From contig JASGJN010000022.1 of NCBI GenBank assembly GCA_049840735.1, positions 256,001 through 320,000 on the forward strand: 64,000 nucleotides of DNA, in the 5' to 3' direction. The stretch is from Anaeromyxobacter sp. (lineage in GTDB: Bacteria; Myxococcota; Myxococcia; Myxococcales; Anaeromyxobacteraceae). Position numbers and translations under genes: made by a program. The notes under the pieces were generated by a model, which did not search any database, was not told where the DNA came from, and saw nothing but the letters and a program-made list of their open reading frames with translations. Positions 19,699 to 29,972 of this stretch are shown piece by piece (positions within the stretch are counted from its first letter, which is position 1; every line of letters begins with the position of its first letter).

Positions 19699-19936
19699 GC
19701 TCGACCCGCGATTCCGTATTGTCGGCTCCCGCGTAGTTCCGCGGTCCACCGCCCGATCCTGCTCGGTCTGATTCCCCAGCCCACCGCCGGCGCTGGTGGC
19801 CCAGCGCGGTGATCGGCTGACCGGAAACTTCCCCGCCACCGCACTTTGGGTGACCCTGCCGCCTCGCGCCGGGCATGGGGTCCGGCCCAGACAAGAAGAT
19901 GGCCCGCCACCGTTCGCGCGGTGCGGGCCGTGGCTG

Positions 19937-20556
19937 GTGCAAGTTCGGCTCACGACCGGGCTCACCAGCGAGGAGTACGTTAAGCAGGAGGCGTGGCGCT
20001 TCGCAAGGTTGGAGCGCTGCCCGCTGCACCCCGAGGGTGGCTGCGGGTTCGCGGGGCACGGGTCATACACCCGGGTCTCGCCCCCGGGCTGCCGGATTGC
20101 ACGAAACCGCTGCCCCACGGCGAGGGTGACGTTCAGCCTCCTCCCGGACTTCCTCTGCGCCAGGCTCCCCGGGACCCTGACAGAGGTCGAGGCGGCGGTG
20201 GCCACCGCCGAGACCGCGACCCGTGAGGCGGCCAGCGAGGCGCTACGGCCCGACATCGATCTGCCGGGCGCGGTGCGGTGGGTGCGGCGTCGTGTCCGGC
20301 TGGTCCACGCCGGCACTGGCCGCGGTGATCGGCCTCCTGCCCGGACTCCTTGCTGGCCGCGAGCCCACCGTCACTTCGATCCGCTCGGCCCTGGGGACCG
20401 AGGCGGCAGTGGTGCGTCTGCGTGGGGTTGGCCGCGGATCACCTGGCCACGCTGCCCCCGCCGCTCGGTTTCGGCCCCCGGCCTGCCCGGCGGCGTCCCA
20501 GGGCCACCACGATCGAACACGACCCGGGGCCGGACCCGCCAGCCGGGGCGCGGTAG
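19937..20556 (+). pseudogene. Transposon ORF1, Cys/His Zn-binding protein (DUF6431-like), frameshifted
   Basis: CPLHPEGGCGFAGHGSY.R...RCPTARVTFSLLPDFL, continuing in other frames to PPPLGFGPRP...stop 20556. Confidence 0.6.
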
Positions 20557-20602
20557 CTCCTCCGGCCGCCCCAATCCAGGGGCGTTGCCAAGGAGACTGA
20601 CC

Positions 20603-21901
20603 GTGAACGACGACGCGAAGAAGAAGTCCGACGAGGTCGCCCTGTTCCGCTTCGGGGTGATCGGGGACCTCGTCCACCTGCCGCCCGGGACCAAGGGCCT
20701 CAGCGCACGCCTGCACGAGAAGGCCGAGATCGACTACCGCATCCCAGGGAGCGCCCGCGGGCGCGTCGCGGCCGAGACCATCCGCGACTGGCTCAAGGCG
20801 TACCGCAAGACCGGGCTCGACCGGGCTGCGGCCCAAGGTGCGCGGCGACCACGGCCAGTCCCGGGCGCTGCCGCGCGAGGTCTCCGACCTGCTCCTCGCC
20901 ACCAAGGAAGAGAACGCCGAGCTGTCCGTCCAGCTCGTCATCCGGGAGGCGCTGGCCACGGGCAAGGTGCCAGAGAGCGTGGTCCTGGCCCCGAGCACGG
21001 TTCACCGCCTACTCTCCCGCGCCGGACTCATGAAGCGGCCCAAGGACGCGCCCGGCGGCAAGGACCACCGGCCGGCTTCAACTTTCGAGAAGGGCCGGCG
21101 ACCTCTGGATGAGCGATGTCATGCACGGACCCGCCGTATGGGTCGAAGGGCGCAAGCGCAGGACCTACCTCATCGCCTTCATCGACGACGCGACCCCGGG
21201 TGATCCCGTACGCCGCCCTTCGCGCTCTCCGAGAACACCGCCGCCTACCTTCCGGTGCTCAAGGGAGGCGGTGCTCCGCCGCGGTGCCCCCCGCCGGCTC
21301 TTCGTCGACAAACGGCGCCGCCTTCCGCTCGCACCAGCTCGCGCTCGTCTGCGCCAAGCTGGGCGTGACCCTCATCCACGCCCGCGCCTACCATCCCGAG
21401 GCCAAGGGCAAGGATGGAGCGCTGGTTCCGGACCGTGCGGATGCAGCTCCTGCCGCTCCTCCAGTCCGCGGACCTCCAGGGCCTCGACGCCCTGAACCGT
21501 CGCCACTGGACCTGGGTGGAGGGCGAGTATCCACCGTACCCCGCACCGCGGCCTGGACGGCACCACGCCGCTCGACCGCTGGGCGGCGCTGGCCGACGGA
21601 GGTCCGCTACCTGGGCGCGGACATCGACGATCTCTTCCTCCAGGAGTGAGAAGCGCAAAGGTGGCCCGCGACCGGACCGTCAGCCTCGGACGGCGACGTC
21701 TACGAGGTGGACGCCGCGCTCGTCGGCGAGACCGTCACGCTCCGCTTCGACTCCGCCCGCCCCGGCCGGCCGCTCCAGGTGTGGGTGAACGGCGAGCGGA
21801 CCGGCGACGCGAAGCTCGTCGACGTCCACGCCAACTGCTTCGTGAAGCGCGACCAGCCCAAGGGCCTGCGCCTCGCCGACCTCGACGAGAAGGAGGACTG
21901 A
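20603..21901 (+). pseudogene. DDE integrase/transposase (rve core, Mu-type C-terminal domain), frameshifted
   Basis: VALFRFGVIG, ETIRDWLKAY (HTH), WMSDVMHG, FIDDAT, LFVDNG, KGK.ERWFRT, YEVDAALVGETVTLRFD, spread over several frames. Confidence 0.85.
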
Positions 21902-21903
21902 CC

Positions 21904-22714
21904 GTGTACCGCAAGCACTTCGGCCTCGGGCCGCCACCCCTTCGAGAAGGGCCTCGCTCCCGAGGATCTCTTCGCCTCCGCCGCAGCCAAGGAGCTCGAG
22001 GCGCGCCTTCGCCACCTCCTCGATCATGCGCGGCATCGGCCTCGTCACCGGCGAGCCCGGCTCCGGCAAGACCACCATCTGGCCGCAAGGTCGCCACCTC
22101 GCTCCACTCCGGCCTCCTACCGCGTCCTCTACGTGCCGCTCTCCACCGGCAACGTGACCGACATGTACAAGTCCATCGCCTGGGAGCTGGGCCTTGCCCA
22201 CCGAGCGCAGCCGCGCCGCGCTCTACAAGGTGATCAGGGGCGAGGTGACCCGGCTCTGCACCGAGACCAAGGTGCGCCCCGTCCTCATCGTCGACGAGGT
22301 CCCAGCACCTCCGCAGTGAGGTGCTCGAGGACCTCCGGCTGCTCACCAACTACGAGATGGACTCGAAGAACCGGCTCTGCCTGCTCCTCGTCGGCGCAGG
22401 CCAGAGACTGCGTCGCCGGGTGGGCATGGCCGTGGCACGAAGCCCTCTCCCCAGCGCATCGTCGTGCGCCACCACGTCGGCGGGCTCGGCCGCGATGAGC
22501 TCCCCGCCTACCTCGGCCACCTCCTCCGCCTGGCCGGTACCGAGCTGCCGATCTTCGAGCCGCCCGCGCTGGAGGCGATCCACCATGCGACCAGCGGCGC
22601 TGCCGCGCAAGGTGAACCTTCTCGCTCATCATGCCCTCATCGCCGCCGCCCTGGCCAAGGCCCAGGCCGTCACCGCCGAGCACGTCCAGGCGGCACTCCC
22701 GGAGAACCACATGA
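21904..22714 (+). pseudogene. ExeA/TnsC-like AAA+ ATPase, frameshifted
   Basis: YRKHFGL..HPF, Walker A VTGEPGSGKTT, Walker B LIVDE, LRLLTNYEMDS, LPRKVNLLA. Confidence 0.85.
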
Positions 22715-23108
22715 CCGCCTGCGGCGTCTGGCTCGGCCGGCGCGGCCTCGTCTGCGGTCCTCGTCGATGGCTGCGGCCGCGTCTGCTTCGCCGCCACAAT
22801 CCCTCGCACGCACGCCGGGCGCTGGGGTCTCGCCCAGCGCCTTGCCGCCGTCGGCGCCGACCTAGTCATCGACGAGGCGCATCTCCCGGCCGACCCCATC
22901 GCCTTTGCCGCCCGCCGCGCCGGCGTCCGCGTCTGGGTTGGCTGGCCCACCACTCGTCGGCTCGCTGCGAGCCGTCTCGGCCGCCGCTCGCGGTCCGCCG
23001 AAGACCTCTGCCGCACTGCTCGCGCGGCTCCCGTCCGTGCCCTGGCTACGCGCCCAACTGCGCCGCCTCAATCCCGCGGACGACCCTCGTCAGATTCAGT
23101 TGCTGTAA
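22711..23108 (+). pseudogene. Transposon ORF4, possible inactive IS110/RuvC-like fold; two frameshifts
   Basis: Reconstructed MTACGVWLGRRGLV.VLVDGCGR...GLAQRLAAVGADLVIDE...AGVRVW.AGPPLVGSLR...KTSAALLARL...LRRLNP...QIQLL. Confidence 0.45.
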
Positions 23109-23282
23109 CCCCAGGCCCCGGCCGCCTACGGCGTCCGGGGCTTCTCCGTCTCCACCACCTTCCAGCTTCGACCACCGGAGGGCGCATTGTGAGAACGGCT
23201 CAATCTGAGCCGGGGGCGGAGAGCGACGAGCGGGTGGTGGGGAAGCGTGGGAGACAACAACGGCAAGCCGCTATCCCGCTCG

Positions 23283-23325
23283 CCCTTCGACTCCGCCGCT
23301 TCGCGGCTACGCTCAGGGCGAACGG
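23283..23325 (+). repeat. REP-like palindromic element, copy 1
   Basis: CCCTTCGACTCCGC-hairpin-GCTACGCTCAGGGCGAACGG. Confidence 0.8.
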
Positions 23326-23346
23326 ACGGCGAACCGGGGCCTTAGA

Positions 23347-23463
23347 TGGAGCGGGAAAAGGGATTTGAACCCTTCCTCATCCCCAGGACTCGCGTGACCA
23401 CCGTGATCGGTCGCGCGCCGCCGTTGCTTGGCAACGGCAAACGCTCACCCCTGCGTCCCCCGC
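23347..23463 (-). other. tRNA-Gly 3' part (T-arm, acceptor 3' strand, CCA) with a degenerate, expanded 5' region
   Basis: Minus strand AAGGG-TTCAAAT-CCCTT-TTCCCGC-T-CCA; 5' GCGGGGG can close the acceptor stem; TTGCCAA present, but no canonical D or anticodon stems. Confidence 0.6.
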
Positions 23464-23528
23464 GGCGCTGAAGCGCGAAAGGCCGGGCGCCCGCAGGCCC
23501 CGGCCCTCCGCTCACCGCTGGCGCTGGT

Positions 23529-24551
23529 CTAGTACCCCGCCGCCTTGATCAGCGCGTTGGCCTCGGCCGGGTGCGCTTTGCACTCCAGCAGCGCGTTGAG
23601 CATGAGCGGCGCGACGATGGTCGCGTCGGACTCGACCACGAACATGGGCGTGTCCTCGGTGAGCTTGTCCCAGGTGATCTTCTCGTTGGGGGTCGCGCCC
23701 GAGTAGGAGCCGTAGGACGTGGTGGAGTCGGAGATCTGGCAGAAGTAGGCCCAGGGCTTCACCGGCTCCTGCAGGTCGTACTTGATGGACGGGACCACGC
23801 AGATGGGGAAGTCGCCGGCGATGCCGCCGCCGATCTGGAAGAAGCCCACGCCCTTGCCCGACGACAGCTCGCGGTACTGGTCGTACAGCTCGGCCATGTA
23901 CTCGATGCCGGACTTGACGATGGACGCCTTGCACTCGCCGGTCTTCACGTGCGACGCGAAGATGTTGCCGAAGGTGGAGTCCTCGTGGCCGGGGACCACG
24001 ATGGGCAGCCTGGCGCGCGCGGCGGCCAGCAGCCAGCACTGCTCCGGGTCGCCCTCGTAGGTCTTGGGGTCGATGGCCTGGATCAGCTCGTAGAAGTACT
24101 CGTGCCAGAAGCGGCGGGCGCCCGACGCGGTGGCCTCCGTCCACATGGGGACGATGTGCTTCTCCACCGCGCGGAACGCCTCGTCCTCCGGGATGGAGGT
24201 GTCGGTCACGCGGCGCATCCGCTGCTCGAGGATCTTCGTGTCGTCGGACTTGGTGAAGTAGCGGTAGTCCGGGAAGTCCTTGTAGCCGTGGTGGGCCACC
24301 AGGCGGAAGAGCGACTCCTCCAGGTTGGCGCCGGTCACCGACATGCCGTGGATGAGCCCGGCGCGGATGGCGGGCGCCAGCGTGATGCCGAGCTGGGCCG
24401 ACGACATGGCGCCGGCGACCGCCCAGAACATGCGCCCGCCGCCCTCGACGTGGCGCCAGTAGGCGATGGTGGCGTCGCGCGTGGCGCGCGCGTTGAAGTT
24501 CCGGAAGTTGCCGAGGATGAACTGGAGGATGGGCAGGTTCGTCTGGGCCAT
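23529..24551 (-). CDS. Deoxyhypusine-synthase-like protein
   Basis: AGAMSSA, SVTGANLEE, EDSTFGN, IGGGIAGD, GSYSGATPNEKITWDKL. Confidence 0.9.
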   Translation of the reverse strand: MAQTNLPILQFILGNFRNFNARATRDATIAYWRHVEGGGRMFWAVAGAMSSAQLGITLAPAIRAGLIHGMSVTGANLEESLFRLVAHHGYKDFPDYRYFTKSDDTKILEQRMRRVTDTSIPEDEAFRAVEKHIVPMWTEATASGARRFWHEYFYELIQAIDPKTYEGDPEQCWLLAAARARLPIVVPGHEDSTFGNIFASHVKTGECKASIVKSGIEYMAELYDQYRELSSGKGVGFFQIGGGIAGDFPICVVPSIKYDLQEPVKPWAYFCQISDSTTSYGSYSGATPNEKITWDKLTEDTPMFVVESDATIVAPLMLNALLECKAHPAEANALIKAAGY

Positions 24552-24672
24552 GGCGGGGTCTTCTAGCATGGCCTGACGTCCGTGCGATCCCCCGTTTCCA
24601 GGGGCCAGGCCCACGCCGGGCCGTTGCCTGGGCGGCCCTGGCCCGCCCGCGGTAGACTCGCGCCAGGCCACC

Positions 24673-27600
24673 GTGCCCGCGCCCGCGCCAGACGCCCCCG
24701 CCTCTCCCGCCCCGCCGCCCGCCGGCGCCCTCGGGCTGCGTCTGGCCCGCGGGGCGCTCCCGCGCTGGGCGGCGCCGGCGCTGGTCGGGACGGGGGTCTT
24801 CCTGGGCGCCCGCCTCGGCTACGCGCTGCTGCTCCCGGGCGGCGTGGCGGCGCTCTGGCCGGCCAACTCCGTCCTGCTGACGGGGCTGCTGCGCCTCCCG
24901 CGCCGCCGCTGGCCGGGGCTGCTGCTGGCCGCCGCGGCTGGGCAGTGCCTCGCCGCGGTGGGCGCGCACACCACCCTGGAAACGGCCGCGCTGCTGGCGC
25001 TCGTGAACGGGGGCGAGAGCCTGCTCGCGGCGTCGATCCTGCGGCGGTTCGCGGGCGGCACGCGGATCGAGGCGCCGATGCGCCTGGTGCGGCTGCTGCT
25101 CGTGGCGGGGCTGGTCCCGCTCGTGTCCGGCCTGCCCGGCGCAGCGGTGCTGGCCGCGGGCGGCGCCGCCGGCCCTTTCTGGCGAGGGTGGCTGCAGTGG
25201 TCGTTCTCCGGGGCCACCGGCGCGGTGACGCTCACCCCGGCGCTGGTGCTGGCCACCGGGCCCCACCGCGTGCGGATGTGGCGTTCGCTGCGCGCGCGCT
25301 GGCCGGAGGCGCTGATCCTGGGCGTCGCGCTGGCGCTCTGCACCTGGGCCGGGCTCGAGTCGGGCGTGCTGGGGCCGCACGCGCAGCTGGCGATGGCCGC
25401 ACTGCCGGTGCCGGCGCTGCTCTGGGCCGCCTCGCGCTTCGGCCTGCGCGGCACCGCCTTCGCGTGTGCGGCCTATGCCCTGCTGGCGAGCGGGCTCTCC
25501 ACGGCTGGCGTCGGGGCCCTGGTCGCGGGCGGGCTGCTGGCCGGGTTCTGGTTCCAGGGATTGCTGCTCATGGTCACGCTGCCGCAGCTGGTGCTGGGCG
25601 CGACCACCAGCGCCCGGGACCGCGCCGCCCAGGCCCTGGCCGCGGCCCGCCGGCGCCTGGACCGCGACGTGCGGCTGCGCACCGCCGAGCTGGCCGAGAA
25701 GGTGGAGCAGCTCCGCCGGACGCATGAGCAGCAGGACGCGCTGCTGCGCACCATGGTGAGCGGCGTGGTGACCGTGGCCCCGGACGGTCGGATCACCTTC
25801 GCCAACCGGGCCGCGGAGGAGATCCTGGAGCTGCGGCGCGACGCGCTGCTGGAGCGCCGCTACGAGGATCGGGCCTTCCGCCAGGTGGATGAGCACGGCG
25901 AGGCCCTGCCGCCCCACCGGCTGCCGCTGGCCCGGGCACTGGCCGAGCGGCGGGAGGTGCGCGGCGCCGAGCACGGCGTGGTGCGCGACGACGGGACCGT
26001 CACCTGGCTCTTCGTGAACGCCGCGCCGCTCCGCGATGACGGCGGCGCGCTCCTCGGCGCGGTGGCCAGCTTCAGCGACGTCACCGCCCGCTGGAAGGCG
26101 CAGCAGGAGATCGTGCGCTCGCGCGACCTGGCCGAGCTGGCGCAGCGCCAGGCGGACGCCGCCGGCCGCGCCACCTCCGAGCTGCTGGTCCGGCTGGCGC
26201 ACGACCTCCGGTCGCCGCTCTCGGTGATCCTCAACTACGCCCAGGTGCTGGAGCAGGCCGCGCAGCTCACGCCGCGCGAGGGCAAGGCCGCCCGGGCCAT
26301 CCACCTGGCGGGCGTGCAGCTGTCGCAGCTCTTGGAGGACGCGCTGGACCTGGCGCGGGTGGAGGCCGGGCAGGCGGAGCTCACGCCGGAGCCGGCCGGC
26401 GTCGAGGAGCTGGTGGCCGGGGCGCTGGCGCGGCCGGCGGAGCTGGCCCGCGCGCGCGGTGTGGCGCTGGAGCGCCGGATCGAGCCGGGCGTGCCGGCGG
26501 CGTGGCGGGTGGACCGGCGCCGCTTCGGTCGCGTCCTCGAGCACCTGGTGCAGCAGGCCCTGCGGAGCGACGCGGTCGGCCCGGTGGAGGTCAGGCTCGC
26601 GCCCAGCCGGGCGCCGGGCGTGGTGCGCGTCGCGGTGGTGGACGCCGGGGAGCACGTCCCGCCCCCGGGCTGCCGGCGGCGCGCCGCCTGGAGGGCGGCG
26701 GGCTGGGCCTCACCATCGCCCGCCGGCTCTGCGCGCTGATGGGGGGCGAGCTGCACCTGCAGGCCGCGCCCGCCGGCGGCGCGGGCTTCTGGTTCGAGCT
26801 GCCCGCGGAGCAGGCCATGCCCGCCCCGGCGCCTCCGCCAGCGCCGGCGCCCACCGCCGCCGTGGTGGCCCCGGAGCCGCCGACCGCGCCCGCCCCGGCC
26901 GCGCGCGACGGGCTGCGCGGGCGGGTGCTGGTGGTGGACGACAAGCTGGGCAACCGCGAGGTGCTGGCCGACATCCTGCGCGACGCGGGCTTCGAGGTGA
27001 GGCTGGCCGACGGCGGCGACGAGGCGCTGCAGCAGCTGCAGGGCGAGGCCGCGCCGGACCTGGTGCTGCTGGACGTGATGATGCCGGGGCTGGACGGGTT
27101 CGAGGCCTGCCGGCGCATCCGCGCGCTGCCCCGGGCCGCCGGCGTGCCGGTGGTCTTCATGACCGGCCTCTCCGACCCGGCCTCGAAGCTCCAGGGGTTC
27201 GAGGCCGGCGGCGTGGACTACGTCACCAAGCCCTTCGACGCCCGCGAGCTGGTGGCGCGGGTGGCGGCCCACGTCTCGCTGCGGCGCCTGGAGCGCGAGC
27301 TGGAGTCGCGCAACGCCGAGCTGCGCGGGTCGCGCGAGGAGCTGCGGGCCCTGGCCGCGCGCGCCGACGCGGTGCGCGAGGAGGAGAAGATCCGGCTGGC
27401 GCGCGACCTCCACGACGACATGGCCCAGCTCCTCACGGCGCTCAAGTTCGACCTGCAGTGGATTCGAGGACCGCCCGGCCGACCAGGCCGGCGTGGTGGA
27501 CCACGCCGTGGCCGCGGCCGAGCTGGTGGACGAGGTGCTGCGCAAGGTGCGGCGCGTCTCGACCGAGCTGCGGCCTGTGCTCGACCACCTCGGCCTGGCC

Positions 27601-28002
27601 GCGGCGCTGCAGCACGAGGTGCGGCTCTTCGGGGAGCGGCACGCCCTCCGCTGCGAGCTGGACCTGCCGCCGTCGCTCCCCGCCGTCTCCGCCGAGGCGG
27701 CCACCGCGGTCTACCGCATCTGCCAGGAGGCGCTGACCAACGTGGCGCGCCACGCCGGCGCCGCGTCGGTGCGCGTCAGCCTGCGCGCCGAGCAGGGCGC
27801 GCTGGCGCTGCGCGTCGAGGACGACGGGCGCGGGATCGCGCCGCGCCAGGGCGCGCCCTCCGGCCTCGGGCTGGTGGGCATGCGCGAGCGCGCGGAGCGG
27901 CTGGGCGGGAAGCTCTTGGTGGCGCCGCGCGAGGGCGGAGGCACGGCGGTCGCCGCCCAGCTGCCCATCGAGCCCTCGCCCGCTGTCCCGCCTTCGGCCT
28001 GA
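24673..28002 (+). CDS. Membrane hybrid kinase: MASE1-PAS-HisKA-HATPase-REC-HisKA_3-HATPase; frameshifts at ~26665 and ~27463
   Basis: ALWPANS (MASE1), ITFANRAAEE (PAS), LAHDLRSPL, GLGLTIAR, VLVVDD...LLDVMMP, LARDLHDD, QEALTNVARHA, DDGRG; three ORF pieces join with single-base corrections. Confidence 0.8.
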
Positions 28003-28098
28003 GCCCCTCGAAGGGTCGGAGAGGCCCCGCTGGGTCAGACGCCGCCCTCTTTCGGTCCCCACGAGGGCTGTGCCACGATGCGCAGCCGGAGGGCTGGC

Positions 28099-29538
28099 AT
28101 GAGGCAATTCTTCGCTGCGATCACGGGAAACCTGTTCGGGCTGGCTGGCGCCGTCTTCACCACCATCTCGGCGGTGCTGATCCTGACGCTCTTCCTGCTG
28201 TCGCTGCTCGGCTTCGACGGCGGTCCGTACCTGGGCATCCTCGCCTACCTGGTCCTCCCCGGCGTCTTCGTCTTCGGCCTGCTGCTCATCCCCCTGGGCC
28301 TCTGGCGGCAGCGGCGGCTGGAGGCGCGCGCGCGGGCCTCCGGGCAGCCGGTCATCTCCGGCGCGCTGCCCGTGATCGACTTCAACCGGCCGCGCGTCCG
28401 CAACACGGCGCTGATCGTGGCCGGCCTCACGGTGGTGAACCTGGTGGTGATCTCCATCGCCACCGTCGAGGGCGTGCACCTGATGGAGACCCCGCAGTTC
28501 TGCGGGTCCTGCCACTCGGTGATGGCGCCGGAGTTCGCCGCCTACCAGCGCTCGCCCCACGCCCGCGTCTCCTGCGTCGAGTGCCACATCGGCCCGGGCG
28601 CGCCCTGGTTCGTGAAGTCCAAGCTCTCCGGCGCCTGGCAGGTGGTCTCGGTCAACCTCGACCTCTACCCGCGCCCCATCCCCACGCCGGTCCACAACCT
28701 GCGCCCGGCGCGCGACACCTGCGAGCAGTGCCACTGGCCGGAGCGGTTCGTGGGCGACCGGCTCATCGTGCGCACCTCCCACGCCGACGACGCGGAGAGC
28801 TCGCCGCGCAAGACCGTGCTGCTCATGCACATCGGCACCGGCGAGAAGCAGCGCATGAGCGGGATCCACTGGCACGTCGGCCCCGGGGTCCAGGTCCGCT
28901 ACAAGGCCGACGCCAGCCGGCAGAAGATCGGCGACATCGAGCTCACCCTGCCCGACGGCACGCACCGCACCTACCGCGCCACCGACCCGGCCAGCGATCC
29001 CGGCCCGGCCGCCGAGTGGCGGACCATGGACTGCATCGACTGCCACAACCGGCCCACCCACCGCTTCGGCACGCCGGAGGGCGAGGTCGACGCCGCGCTC
29101 ACGGCGGGCAAGCTCGACCCGGCGCTGCCGTTCCTGCGCCGCGAGGGCGTGCGGCTCATCAAGGCCGAGTACCCTTCGCAGGAGGCTGGCCGGGCCGGCA
29201 TCCGCGACGGCCTGCGCACCTTCTACGCGGGCTGGGCCGCGTCGGAGGAGGGCAAGGCCTCCGGCAAGCCCGCGCCGGACGCGGCCGCGGTGGACGCCGC
29301 CGCCGCCACGCTGGGCGAGCTGTACGCGCTCAACGTGTGGCCGCAGATGAAGATCACCTGGGGCACCTACCCGACCTTCCTCGGCCACGACCAGTCGCCG
29401 GGCTGCTTCCGCTGCCACGACGAGGCGCACGAGACCGAGGGGAAGAAGACCATCTCCCAGGACTGCGATCTCTGCCACTCGCTGCTGGCCGACAGCGAGA
29501 AGGACCCCGCCATCCTGAAGCGGCTGTACCAGCAGTGA
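28099..29538 (+). CDS. NapC/NirT-family membrane multiheme cytochrome c (6 CxxCH)
   Basis: Three N-terminal TM segments; CGSCH, CVECH, CEQCH, CIDCH, CFRCH, CDLCH. Confidence 0.9.
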   Translation: MRQFFAAITGNLFGLAGAVFTTISAVLILTLFLLSLLGFDGGPYLGILAYLVLPGVFVFGLLLIPLGLWRQRRLEARARASGQPVISGALPVIDFNRPRVRNTALIVAGLTVVNLVVISIATVEGVHLMETPQFCGSCHSVMAPEFAAYQRSPHARVSCVECHIGPGAPWFVKSKLSGAWQVVSVNLDLYPRPIPTPVHNLRPARDTCEQCHWPERFVGDRLIVRTSHADDAESSPRKTVLLMHIGTGEKQRMSGIHWHVGPGVQVRYKADASRQKIGDIELTLPDGTHRTYRATDPASDPGPAAEWRTMDCIDCHNRPTHRFGTPEGEVDAALTAGKLDPALPFLRREGVRLIKAEYPSQEAGRAGIRDGLRTFYAGWAASEEGKASGKPAPDAAAVDAAAATLGELYALNVWPQMKITWGTYPTFLGHDQSPGCFRCHDEAHETEGKKTISQDCDLCHSLLADSEKDPAILKRLYQQ

Positions 29539-29547
29539 GCGGCGGGC

Positions 29548-29964
29548 CTACCGCGTCGCCACCCAGCGCCGGACCAGCAGCGCCGCCGCCGCGGCCGGCA
29601 CCGCCACGGCCAGCGCGCGGCGCGTGCGCTTGCCCCAGCTCTCGACCCGGTCGGCCAGGAGCAGCAGCAGCCAGTGGTTGGTGACGTGGTCCGGCAGCCG
29701 GTAGGCGGCGCGCCGGATGGCGCCGGAGAGGCCGCGCGGCGGCAGCGCGGTGGAGAAGACCGGCGGGAACGGCTTGTGCGCGCGCCCGTGCCTGGGGACG
29801 GCCGACCGGCCGCGCTGGCGGACGGGGTCCGGGCGCGAGTTGGGCCAGGGCTGCGGCGCGCGCTCCTTCGGATGGCCGGGGCGGTTGGCGCGGTCGAGGT
29901 CCACCGCCTCGAAGGGCGGCGTGCGGGGGGGCTGCTGCTCCGGCGCGGTGACGTTCGGGTCCAT
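29548..29964 (-). CDS. Hypothetical protein downstream of the dehydrogenase
   Basis: PPVFSTALPPRGLSGAIRRAAY...HWLLLLLADRVE; C-terminal hydrophobic tail. Confidence 0.7.
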   Translation of the reverse strand: MDPNVTAPEQQPPRTPPFEAVDLDRANRPGHPKERAPQPWPNSRPDPVRQRGRSAVPRHGRAHKPFPPVFSTALPPRGLSGAIRRAAYRLPDHVTNHWLLLLLADRVESWGKRTRRALAVAVPAAAAALLVRRWVATR

Positions 29965-29972
29965 GTCGGCTC

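Larger units (their letters stand above)
19720..23259 (+). mobile_element. Four-ORF transposon (Zn-motif ORF, DDE transposase, AAA ATPase, small ORF4), heavily frameshifted
   Basis: Imperfect terminal inverted repeats TGTCGGCTCCCGCG / revcomp TGTTGTCTCCCACG (11 of 14 match); no target duplication visible; ends approximate. Confidence 0.75.

Noticed and set aside
23347..23463. Functional canonical tRNA-Gly gene
   Set aside because: No D-stem or anticodon stem and ~40 extra nt; kept only as a tRNA-like feature
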